In this document: positions 40,650 to 52,064 of the stretch, piece after piece | Layout: every line of letters begins with the position of its first letter | How positions within the stretch are numbered: position 1 is the first letter of the stretch | From: Sphyrna mokarran | Taxonomy: Eukaryota | Direction: 5' to 3' | Assembly (NCBI GenBank): GCA_024679065.1 | Contig: JAGIQG010000023.1 | Location: 10,044,001-10,108,000, forward strand | DNA length: 64,000 nt | Position numbers and translations under genes: made by a program | Notes under the pieces: model-generated | The model's input: only the letters and a program-made list of their open reading frames with translations | What the model was told of the DNA's origin: nothing | Databases searched by the model: none

Positions 40650-41100
40650 TTATCTTGGCAATGTTTCGATCAGTATTTATCGTCTGTCACCCAGCTCTTT
40701 GTTGCGATGTTGAAAGTGGATTGAATAAACTCTGATACGGAATTGAAATAAGATTGAAGAAAGCAGTAAGCCAGGCCCCAGGAAATTCCACCTTTCAGAA
40801 AGCTCCAGAACAGAGGTCCCAGCTGGCCATTGCTATCACTGGGTGTGCCAGCTCAGAAGATCCCTTTTAACTGCTGATCTCCTTGTTCTAGCAGGCACGG
40901 CTCTACATCTGCCTCTTTGGTGACCTGTGGACAGTTACTGTCCAACTTTGTCAATGTCGCTCAATATGGTTATTGATATCATGAGAGGTGTGGTTCACCC
41001 TGACCCTTCCTGCACTATTGCTGAAAACAGGAAGGCCCAGAATTTGCTGAAAATACCACAGTGTGTAAACTGACCAATGAACAGAGACAATGAAGTGATG
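40650..41100 (-). promoter_or_regulatory. Putative promoter of gene A: NF-kB-like TGGAATTTCC (40781-40790), ETS (CAGGAAG), RUNX (AACCACA), E-boxes
   Basis: Non-repetitive, immediately 5' of the leader; motifs retained in both arms. Confidence 0.5.
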
Positions 41101-41520
41101 CCAAAATAATTACAAGTTACTGGCTGCTTATTACGCCTCCTCCATTAACTTTGAGAAAATGGTGGATCTTTCTGAAACCCCCCCTGGCTTTGATGAATTT
41201 GTGACATTTGCCAATTAATTGTCTGCTAAATAGGCCACCGCATGTTCAGTCTCATAACATCAGTCTCCCTGGCCCAGAATGTGAACAATTATTAGCTATG
41301 GAGTTTCACTGTCTTCTGAATGGAATTATTAACCAGGATTTTCCAACGAGAAGAATGATGAAAGCTAACAAACATTCACTGTTATTATGGAGGAAATGAG
41401 GTGGTAAAGAGGATGCGTGTGCAATTAAATTCAGAAATGTACAAATTGTGGCCCTAATTCCCCAGTTTCCCCAGAGGTTGTGCTACGTCAATGTCTTACC
41501 AATTGAGGTAGCATGGTTTT

Positions 41521-42435
41521 CAAAGAATAAAGAACAAAGGACAAAGAAAATTACAGCACAGGAACAGGCCCATTGGTCCTCCAAACCTTACTGACCCTGC
41601 TGTCTGACTTAACTAAAATCCCTATCTTTCCAGGGACCATATCCTTCTATTCCCATCCTATTCATTACTTGCCAAGATGCCCCTTAAAAGTAACTACCAT
41701 ATCCCCTTCCACTCCCTCCTCTGGCAACAAGTTCCAGGCACCCACTACTCTCTGTCTAAAAAAATCTGCCTTATACATTTCCTTTAAACATTGCCTCGCA
41801 TACCTTAAACCTATGCCCTCTCATAATTGATACTTCCACACTGGGAAAAAGCTTCTGTCTATTCATTCTATCCATGCCTCTCATAATACTGTAGACTTCT
41901 ATCAGGTATCTGTGTGGAGTTTGCACATTCTCCTCGTGTTTGTGTGAGTTTCCTCCAGGTGCTCCGGTTTCTTCACACTATCCAAAGATGTGCAAGTTAG
42001 AGATTCACCATGGTAAATTCACCGTAGATGCATAGGTTAGAGGGATGGTGGGTAATATATGTATGGATATGGGGTTAGGGTTTGGGGAGGACTGTGGTCA
42101 GTGCTACCTCGATGGGCCGAATGGCCTCTTTCTGCAATGTGTGGTTTCTATGATTTGATTTCTATGGTTTCTATTGGTCACCTCTCAACCTCCATCACTC
42201 CAGTGAGAAGAAACAAGTTTCTTCAAACTCTCCTCATAGCTAATGCTCTCCATACCAGGCAACATTCTGACAAATCTTTTCTGTACCGTCTCCAAAGCCC
42301 CCATATCTTTCTAGTAGTGTGGCGATCAGAATTGAACACTAGATTCCAAGTGCCGACTAACTAAGGCTCTTTAAAGCTGCAACGTGACTTGCCAATTTTT
42401 AAACGCAGTAGCCCGGCCGATGAAGGCAAGCATGT
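41521..42435 (-). mobile_element. CR1 3' remnant with a nested V-type SINE (41907-42165)
   Basis: CR1 tail and decayed ORF2; its 3' end mirrors ~51030-51165. Confidence 0.75.
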
Positions 42436-42964
42436 GACAAATTTTGTATCAATGCTGATCTTCTCACTGTTGCAAACACAGCTCTGCATTTGGCATCTGT
42501 ACTTATTGTACATTCACAGAGTTTCTATCTCACACCACCCTGAGGACAGCAACACATTGTTCTTGCAGTTTCAAATCATGAACATTGCAAGTTGCAGCAA
42601 ACATGAACTTGCATTTATTTCCAATGTTAATCTCTCTCTTTGCCTTTCTCATCAACCATTAAAGAATTTGAGGAGTTAATGGAAAATTGCGTAAATTGGT
42701 GCTTATTTAGGATGGAGCCGTCACTCACAGAATTCTATACACAATAAAAAATAATCAAACGTTGGAACCATTTAGAAAATTCAGAACTCTGAGTACAATC
42801 TGTTACACGTGGGTAAGAACTTCTCTCTGAGTAAATCTAAGGTTAGAACTCTCATTGACCACAACCGTGGGTAGAGAAACATGTTTATTGTTTATTATTA
42901 ACTCATTGGTGGAATCAACAACAACAGCAATAACTTGCTCTTTATGAAGTGCCTTTCATGATAA

Positions 42965-43268
42965 AATCCTGTAGTGCAGATGGAGGCCATTCGGCCCATC
43001 GAGACTGCTCAATGCCACCCAGACCTTATCCCTGTAACTCCTCATATTTACCCCGCTAATCCCTTGATACAATGGGGCAATTTAACATTGGCAATGAATC
43101 TAACCTTCACATCTTTGAATTGTGGGATGAAACCAGAGCTCCTGGAAGAAATTCACACAGACCATGGGGAGGAAATTGTGCAAATTCCACACTGCCAGTC
43201 ACCCAATTTCAGAATTGAACCTCGATACCTGGCACTGTGAGGCAGCGGTGCTAACCACTGTGCCACCA
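42965..43268 (-). mobile_element. HE1-like SINE (mirror at 47573-48722, there interrupted by CR1)
   Basis: Family motifs. Confidence 0.8.
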
Positions 43269-43632
43269 TACTGCCTAGTAAAACCTCCTCAGGCATTTTA
43301 TGACATCAGACAAGTGTTGTTGCTGAAGCAAAGATTAGATCAAAGAGGTCAGTTTCTGGGAGAGGTTGCTGGAGTTTTGAATGCCGACAATTGGAAAAGT
43401 TACTGTTAGCGGTGTAGTGAAGAATTGGAAATACATGAGAAGCCAGAGTTGGGGAAACACAAGATTCACAGAAACATTTGTAAAGATAGGGACTGACAAG
43501 ACCATGGAGAAATTCAAATCAGGGAAATGAGAATTTAATATTGAGCTTATTTGATATTGGGAACCACTCAATGAGTTCATACACATGAATGAAGGGCATT
43601 CATGGTTATCACATCATGTATGATGTAGAGTA

Positions 43633-43966
43633 ATCATAGAATCATAGAAACCCCACTGTGCAAAAGGAGGCCATTTGGCCCATTGAATCTGCACTAACAG
43701 CAATCCCACCTAGACCATATTCCCGTTATCCTACAAATGCCTCTAAACTAGTCATCGTGGAACATCAAGAGGCAATTTAGCATGGCCAAAGCTCCTAACC
43801 TGCACGTCTTTGGACAATGGAAGGAAACAGGAGCACCCAGAGGAAACCCACACAGAAATGGGGAGAACGTGTAAACTCCACACAGACAGTTACCTCAGCC
43901 GGAGCTTGAGTCCAAGTTTCTGGTTCTGTGAGGCAGCAATACTAACCACAATGCAAATTGTGCCAC
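43633..43966 (-). mobile_element. HE1-like SINE (mirror at 46911-47235)
   Basis: Family motifs. Confidence 0.8.
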
Positions 43967-44059
43967 CTATACTCTTTAAATTCATCACCAGGACAGATAT
44001 AAGTTGAAACTCATTAAAGGATCTTTTGCCAAGCAAAGTCACTACATACAAACACACAA

Positions 44060-45210
44060 GTTAGGAACAGGAGTAGGCCATTCTGCCCCTCATGCCTGAT
44101 CTGTCATTCAATAACATCATGGCTGACCTCATTGTGATCTCAACTTTATATCCCACCTACGCTAATAGTCTTTGAATACCTTGTTAGTTTAGAATCTTTC
44201 CATCTCTGCCTTAAAAATATTTATTTTTGGTTCCTCCATTGCTTCCTGAGAAAGTGAGTTTCAACGATTCACAGCCCTCTGAGAGAAAAAAAAATTCTAA
44301 TCTGTCTTTTCAATGGAAGATCCCTTTGTATTTAAACAGTATCCCCAAGTTGTTGAGTCTTTCACATGGAGAATCGTTATTTCAGTATCCACCCACTCGT
44401 GTCCCTTTAGGATGTTTCATGTTTCATGGGAACATGGGCCAGGGAGAGGCCATTCAGCCCATTGAGTCTGATTGGCCAATCTATATAATCATGAATGTGC
44501 ATCCAGTTAGGTGCATTTTTCCAACATTAGCCCATTTCCCTTCCAATCACTGGTATTTAGAAATGTGTCAATTTTCAATTCAAATGCACTCAGTGACTGA
44601 GCTTCCACATTCCTCTGGGGTTAAGAATTCCAAAGGTTCACAGCTCTCTGAGTAAAGAATTATTGATTTCAATAAGGTCACCTGTCATTCTTCTAAACTC
44701 CATGGATACAGGCCCAGCCTGTGTAACATTTCCTCCTAATATAACCATGCCAATCCAGTGAACATTCTCCAAACTGATTCTGACACATTTATATCCTTGC
44801 TGAAAGAAAAAGCTCAAAACTGCACTCACTTCTCTGGATCCAGTCTTAACAACACCCTGCACAACATAACAAAGCATTTTGACTTTTATATTCCATTCCA
44901 CTCATGATAAATGACAACATCCCATTTGTCTCGCTAATCACTTTCTAGACTGGCACTACAACTTCTTTTTATTTATGTACCAGGACACCCAGATCCCTCT
45001 GTAACTCACAGTTCTGCAATCTCGCTTCATTTAAATTATACCCTACTTTTTTATTCTTAGTAGCCAAGTTCTCATTTTCATTCATTGTGCTACATTTGAC
45101 AGTATTTTGCTCATTCACTTAGATCTATTTATGTTCTTTCACACTCCCTATGCTCTTGGCAACTTTCTTTCAGAACTATCTTTATATCATTTCACAAACT
45201 TAGCAACTTT
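44060..45210 (-). mobile_element. Old CR1 remnants at the inner end of the left arm
   Basis: Decayed CR1 motifs (SMEFRRMTGDLIE); mirrored at 45665-46810. Confidence 0.7.
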
Positions 45211-45411
45211 GCATTCAGCTACTTGTTATTTCCTCAAAGAGTCCCAAAACATTAGCCAAGCATGACTTCTCTTTCACAAAACCAGTTGAATGCATAACCT
45301 CTTTAATAATAACAGAACATAGAACATCGAACAGTACAGCACATCACAGGTCCTTCAGCCCTCAGTGTTGTCCAAGCTATGTCCAAACCCAAGATCCACT
45401 CCCTATGTGGA

Positions 45412-45528
45412 GTGGAGATGTGATGTGGAGGTGTGATGCGGTGATGCGATGTGGAGATGCTGGCGTTGGACTTGGGTGGGAACAGTAAGAAGCCTCACAT
45501 CACCAGATTAAAGTCCAACACATTTGTT
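45412..45528. mobile_element. Penelope-like terminal fragment in the palindrome spacer
   Basis: Same end sequence as 49989 (gatgtggagatgctgg..aaagtccaaca), with stuttered gatgtg repeats. Confidence 0.65.
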
Positions 45529-45544
45529 CAGCATTGTAAAGGAT

Positions 45545-46810
45545 ATGAGTAAAATCCCAGAAGTAAGTGCGAATCAAGAGATGAAAATGAGGGAGGAGAT
45601 TAAAACAATTACAATCATCACAATGGAACAGTGAAAACTATTCAAACCAGAAGAAAATTCCAAGGTCCTGAATTTGTGAAGTGATACAAAGGTGCTTTGG
45701 AAAGAAAGTTTTGAAGAGCACAGAGAGTGTGTGAAGGAACATAAATAGACTTAAGCAAGTGGGCAAAATACTGTCAAATGTAGTGCAATGAATGAAAATG
45801 TGAACTTATCTACCAAGAATGAAAAACAGTAGCATCTAATTTAAAGTGAGATTGCAGAACTCTGAGTTACAGAGGGATCTGGGTGCCCTGGTACATAAAT
45901 AAAAAAAAGTTGTAATGCCAGTCCAGCAAATGATTAGCGAGGCAAATGGGATGTTGTCATTTATCATGAGTGGAATGGAATATAAAAGTCGGAATGCTTT
46001 GTTATGTTGTGCAGGGTGTTGTTAAGACTGGATCAAGAGAAGTGAGTGCAGTTTTGGGCTTTTTATTTAAGCAAGGATATAAATGTGTCAGAATCAGTTT
46101 GGAGAATGTTCACTGGACTGGCATGGTTATATTAGGAGGAAAAGTTTCACAGGCTGGGCCTGTATCCATGGAGTTTAGAAGAATGAGGAGAGATCTTATT
46201 CAAATTAATAACTTCTTACTCAGAGAACTGTGAGCCTTTGGAAATCTTGACCCCTAAGGGCTGTGGATACTTAGTCACTGAGTACATTTGAATTGAAAAT
46301 GGGCACATTTCTAAATGCCAATGATTTAAAGGAAATGGGCTAATGTTGGAAAAATGCACCTAACTGTATGCTCATTCATGATTATATAGATTGATGGATC
46401 AGGTCAATGGACCGAATGGCCTCTCCCTTTTCCCTGTTCTCATGAAACATGAAACATCCTAAGGAGACACGAGCGGGTGGATACTGAAATAATGATTCCC
46501 CATGTGTAAGACACAACAACTTGGGAACACCATTTAAATACAAGGAGTCTCCCAATGGAGACACAGATTAGAAGTTATTTTTCTCTCAGAGGGCTGTGAA
46601 TCATTGAAACTCACTTTCCCAGAAAGCGATGGAAAAACCAACAATAAATATCTTTAAGGCAGAGGTGAAAAGATTCTAAACCAACAAGATAGTCAAAGAT
46701 TATCAGGATAGGTGGGATATGAAGTTGAGATCACAATCAGATCAGCCATTCTATTATTGAATGAAGATCAGGCATGAAGGGCCAAAAGACTGACTCCTGT
46801 TCCTATCTTG
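45545..46810 (+). mobile_element. Old CR1 remnants at the inner end of the right arm
   Basis: SMEFRRMRRDLIQ; mirror of the above. Confidence 0.7.
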
Positions 46811-47675
46811 TGTGTTCGTAAGTAGTGACTTTGCTTGGGAAAAGCTCTTTTAATGAGTTTCAACTCATGTCTCTCTTGACGATGAATTTAAAGAATATTT
46901 AAAGAGTGTTGGTGGCATGGTGGCATCACGGTTAGCATTGCTGCCTCACAGGGCCAGAAACCTGGATTACAGTCCTGGCTTGGGTAATTGTCTGTGTGGA
47001 GTTTGCACATTCTCCCCATTTCTGTGTGGGTTTCCTCTGGATGCTCCAATTTCCTTCCATAGTCCAAAGATGTGCAAATTAGGAGTTTTGGCCATGCTAA
47101 ATTGCCTCTTAATGTTCCGGATGTGTAGGGTAGAGGAATTAGTAGGGTAACAGTGATATGATCTAGGTGGGATTGCTGTTGGTGCAGACTCGATGGGCTG
47201 AATGGCTTCCTTTTGCACAGTTTGGATTTTTATGATTATTCCATATCATACATAACAGATTGTTGTGATGCTTGTTGGGTACCCTTCATTCATGTGTATG
47301 AACTCACATGATTTCTCCTTCTCCTATTCAAAGTTCTCCATGATCTCGTCAGCCCCTATCTTTACAAATTTTTCTGTGAATCTAATGTTTCCCCAACTGT
47401 GGCTTCTTGTGTTTCCAATTCTTCACCATACCAATAACAGTAATGTTTCCAATTGCTTACATTCAAACTTCCAGCAGCCTCTCCCTAAAACTGACCAGTC
47501 TCTTTGATCTAATCTTTGCCTCGGCAACAACACTTATCTGATGTCATAAAATGCCTGAGGAGGTTTTACCTGGCAGTATGGTGGCACAGTGATTAGCACT
47601 GCTGTCTCACAGTGCCAGGTACCCAGGTTCAATTCTGAAATTGCGTGACTGGCAGTGTGGAATTTGCACAATTTC

Positions 47676-48510
47676 AACAAACAAAGAACAAAGAACAAAA
47701 CAGCACGGGAAACAGGCCCTTCAGCCCAACAAGCCCGTGCCGCCACCTCGATGTTCCCACTTTTTCCCATGATCCCTGTCTTTGTTTATAGGTCTATGCA
47801 TTGGAATGAAATTTGTGACAATTTAGGGAGAATTTGTTCTGCCAATCAGCCTAAGAACACTAGAGCACATCTTTGGGATGTGGGAGGAATGTGGAGCACC
47901 CAGAGAAAACCCACGCAAGCACGGGAAGAATGCGCAAACTCCCACAGACACAGCCCAAATCCACGTATCTGCACAGCACAGCAAATAGTCACTGAGCTGT
48001 TGTGTTGTCCATCAAATGGTCCAGGTCAAGCGTACACTAACAACGTGAAGCACTAGGATACTCTCAAAAAATCCAAGAGCAGCCCTCTCACGACCTATCG
48101 CATGTATGCCCCTTGTTAGACAACAAGGCGGACTGAAGTATCTGTAGGATAAAACAAATACGTCAATATCATCGACAACTTACACACTTCCCAGGGAACT
48201 CCCAAGGTTCATGATCCCTATTTTAAATCAGTTTTCTATGTCCTTCCATTCCCATTCTGTTCATGTGCCCATCTACGTATCTCCTAAATAACTCCAGAGT
48301 GCCTGCCTCCACCACTTTACTCAGCAGTGCATTCCATACCCCCACCACCCCCTGTGTGAAAAAACTCCCTCTAGCATCCAAATTATATCTTATCCCCCTC
48401 ACCCTAAGCCCGTGACCCCTCTTTGAGTCCATCGTAGGAAAAAGCTTAACCCTGTTTACTCTATCTATATCCCTCATAATCTTGTACACCTCTATTAGAT
48501 CTCCTCTAAG
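47676..48510 (-). mobile_element. CR1 3' fragment with long 3'UTR, inserted into a SINE in the right arm only
   Basis: YKIMRDIDRV...[13 protein letters not shown]; (ctttgtt)n tail; empty site at ~43165-43185. Confidence 0.9.
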
Positions 48511-49988
48511 TCCTCCCGTGGTCTGTGTGAATTTCCTCCAGGAGCTCCAGTTTCATCCCACAATCCAGAGATGTGAAGGTTAGATTCATTCCCCATGTTA
48601 AATTGCCCCATTGTGTCAGGGGATTAGCAGGGTAAATATGTGGAGTTACAGGAATAAGGTCTGGGTGGCATTGTGCAGTTTCGATGGACCAAATGGCTTC
48701 CATCTGCACTGTAGGATTCTATGATGAGAGGCACTTTAAAAAGAGCAAGTTATTGCTGTTGATGCTGATTCTACCAATGAATTAATAATAAAAAATGAAG
48801 ATGTTTCTCCATCCATTTACTCAGAGTGAAGTTCTTACCCACATGCAGCAAATTGTATTCAGAGTTCTAAATTTTCCAAATGGTTCCAATGTTTGATTTT
48901 TTTTCATTGTGTATAGAATTCTGTGAGTGACGACTCCATCCTAAATAAGCACCAATTTGCTCAATATTCCATTAACTCCTCAAATTCTTTAATGGTTGAT
49001 GAGAAAGGCAAAGAGAGAGATTGACATTGGAAATAAATGTGGGTTCATGTTTGCTGCATTTTGCCACGTTCATGGTTTGAAGAGAAATGTGTTGCTATCC
49101 TCAGGGTGGTATGAGATAGAAACCCTGTCAATGTACAATAGGTGTCAGATACCAAAGGCAAAGCTGTGTTTGCAACAGCGAGAAGATCAGCATTAATACG
49201 CAATTCGTTTCAGGCAAACAGCATGGGTGTTGTCACATTTCTTGAATATCAGATGATGCAGGGTGAAGAGGCATGACGAGGGATCATATCAGCTACACCA
49301 TGGTGTGGACAAGTTATCTCAAAGACCTCAGGGAGTGTGTATTAGAAATCTAGAAATGACGGAATAGAAGGAATTAATTCAGCTCATTATTCCAGAGTTA
49401 ATTCACTGAACAATAGTCAAGCCCCATTCCAGATCCTCAATTTTGTCCATAATCCTTCTCTTCATCATCTGGACAAATGTGAGGATGTTGACTGGTGGTT
49501 GCACAATGTTCAGAACCATTCAGCAATTTCCAGATGCTGGAAAAGTCCATATCTATATATGGAGCAAGATCTGGACAGCACTCAGATATGGCCTGATGAA
49601 TGCCAAGTTATATCAGCACCACTAAATTCTCAGATATAAACCATGTGCAAAATCTTTTGTCCTCTTTCACGGCTGGGATTTTCCCCTGCCACTGACAGTG
49701 AATGGAGTTTGGGCTGGAACGCCAAATTTTCCATTCTCGCTCACAATAGGTTGATCCACAAACCTGTCTGGAGAATCTTATCCCATGTCCAAACAGAGAG
49801 AATCTAACCATCTTCCCTGGTCATTCAGTGGCGTTATCATTGCTGCATCCCTCACTATCAATATCTTGATAGTGATACTGTTGACTATAAACTGAACTGG
49901 ATCAGCCATTTAAATACTATTTATAGAAAAGCAGGTCCAAGCTGTGAATACTTCAGAAAGTAACTCACCCCCTGACTCTCTAAGTCCT

Positions 49989-50159
49989 GATGTGGAGATG
50001 CTGGTGTTAGACTGGGGTAAAGCCATAAGCAGTCTCACAACACCAGGTTAAAGTCCAACAGGTTTATTTGGTAGCACAATGTTCAGAGCCATTCAGCAAT
50101 TGCTTGCTAGCAAATAAACCTGTTGGACTTTAACCTGGTGTTGTGAGACTTTTTACTGT
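49989..50159. mobile_element. Penelope-like hairpin fragment
   Basis: agtctcacaacaccaggttaaagtccaacaggtttatttg and its exact reverse complement. Confidence 0.75.
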
Positions 50160-50289
50160 CTCTACCTCCTGTCCAGCATTTGCAAGGCAGAAGTCAGGAG
50201 TGTGATGGAATATTCTCCACTTGACTGGGTGAGTGCAGCTCCAACAGAAGTCAGCGAATTGCCTGGATTTGAAAATCCTTTGATATCAT

Positions 50290-51165
50290 TTCTCTTTGAC
50301 AAGGTCCCTCATGACAGACTGGTGGAAAAGGTGAAGCTGTTGGGAAGGTGCATACAAAATGGGCTCGGTCAAAGAAGACAGAAGGTAGCAGTGGAAGGGT
50401 ATGTTTCTGAATGGAGAGTGGTGACAAGTGGTGTTCCCAGGCATCAGTGCTGGGGCCTTTGCTGTTTGCAATATATATAAATGATTTGGAGAAAAATGTA
50501 GCTCAATTGATTAGTAATTTTGCGAACGACACAAAGGTGGATGATTTGTGGATAGCGATGAGAACCATCAAAGGATACAACAGGATATAGATCAGCTGGA
50601 GATTGGGCGGAGAGAAGGCGGATGGAGTTTAATCGAGACAAATGGGAGGTAATGCATTTTGGAAGGTCTAATACAGATAGGAAATATACAGTAAATGACA
50701 GAACCCTTAAGAGTATTGATAGGCAAAGGGACCTGGTTGTATGGGCACACAGGTCACTGAAAGTGGCAATGCAGATAGAGAAGGTAGTCAAGAAGGCATA
50801 CAGCATGCTTGCCTTCATCGGTCAGGGTATTGAATTTAAAAATTGGTGAGTCAAGTTATAGCTTTATAGAACTTCAGTTAGTGAGGACTTGGAATATAGT
50901 GTCAATTCTGATCGCCACGCTACCTGCAGAATGTGGGGGCTTTGGAGAGGATACAGAAAAGATTTGTTAGAATGTTGCCTGGTATGGAGGGCACTAGCTA
51001 TGAGGAGAGGTTGGAGAAACTCTGGATGGATGAATAGGATGGGAAAAGAAGACTATGGTCTCCGGAAGGATAGGGAGTTTTAGTTAAGCAGGGCAGCATG
51101 TTTGGTACATGCTTGGAAGCCTGAAGGACTTGTTCCTGTGTTTTAATTTTCTTTGATCTTTGAAA
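50290..51165 (+). mobile_element. Degenerate CR1 LINE
   Basis: FDKVPHDRL, VTSGVP, MEFNRDKWEVMHFGR. Confidence 0.85.
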
Positions 51166-51579
51166 CCATGCTACCTCAATTGATGAGATATAAACATAGC
51201 ACAGCCTCTAGGAAAACTGGGGAATTAGGGCCACAACTTGTACATTTCTGAATTTAATTGCACACGCACCCTCTTTACCATCTTATTTACTCCATAATAA
51301 TAGTGAATGTTTATAAACCTTCTCTGTTCCACTCATTGAAAAATCCAGGTCAATAATTCAATTCAGGGGAGAGTGAAACTCCAGAGTTTATGATTGTTCA
51401 CATTCAGGAAGACTGATGTTCTGAGACTGAGCATTCTGTGGCCTGTTTAGCAAATAATTAATTGGCAAATGACAATTTCATCAAAGTCAGGGGGGGTTTA
51501 AGAAAGATCCATCATTTTCTCAAAGCTAATGGAGGAGACAAAACAAGCAGCCAGTAACTTGTAATTAGTTTGACATCTC

Positions 51580-52027
51580 TTCATTGTCTCAGTTCATTGG
51601 CCAGTTTACACACTGTGGTATTTTCAGCAAATTCTGGGCCTTTCTGTTTTCAGCAATAGTACAGGAAGTGTCAGGGTGAACCACACCTCTCATGATATCA
51701 ATAACCACATTGAGCAACACTGTCAAAACTGGACAGTAACTGTCCACAGGTCACCAAAGAGGCAGATGTGGAGGTGTTCCTGCTGGAACAAAGAGATCAG
51801 CAGCTAAAGGGGATCTTTCAAGCTGGCACACCCAGTGATAGCACTGGCCAGCTGGGACCTCTGTTCTGGAGCTTTCTGAAAGGTGGAATTTCCTGAGGCC
51901 TGGCTTGCAGTTTTCTTCAATCTTATTTCAATTCTATATCAGAGTTTATTGAATCCACCTTTCAACATCGCAACAAAGACCTGGATAATAGATGATAAAT
52001 ACTGATCGAAACATTGCCAAGATAACG
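51580..52027 (+). promoter_or_regulatory. Putative promoter of gene B: TGGAATTTCC (51884-51893), ACAGGAAGTG (51661-51670), AACCACA x2, E-boxes
   Basis: Mirror of gene A's upstream region with the motif cluster conserved. Confidence 0.5.
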
Positions 52028-52064
52028 ATGTGGATTCTTATTCTTTTCATCTTTTCTCTGCCTG
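52028..52064 (+). CDS. Gene B leader exon ([12 protein letters not shown])
   Basis: ATG at 52028, G|gtgagt donor. Confidence 0.9.
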
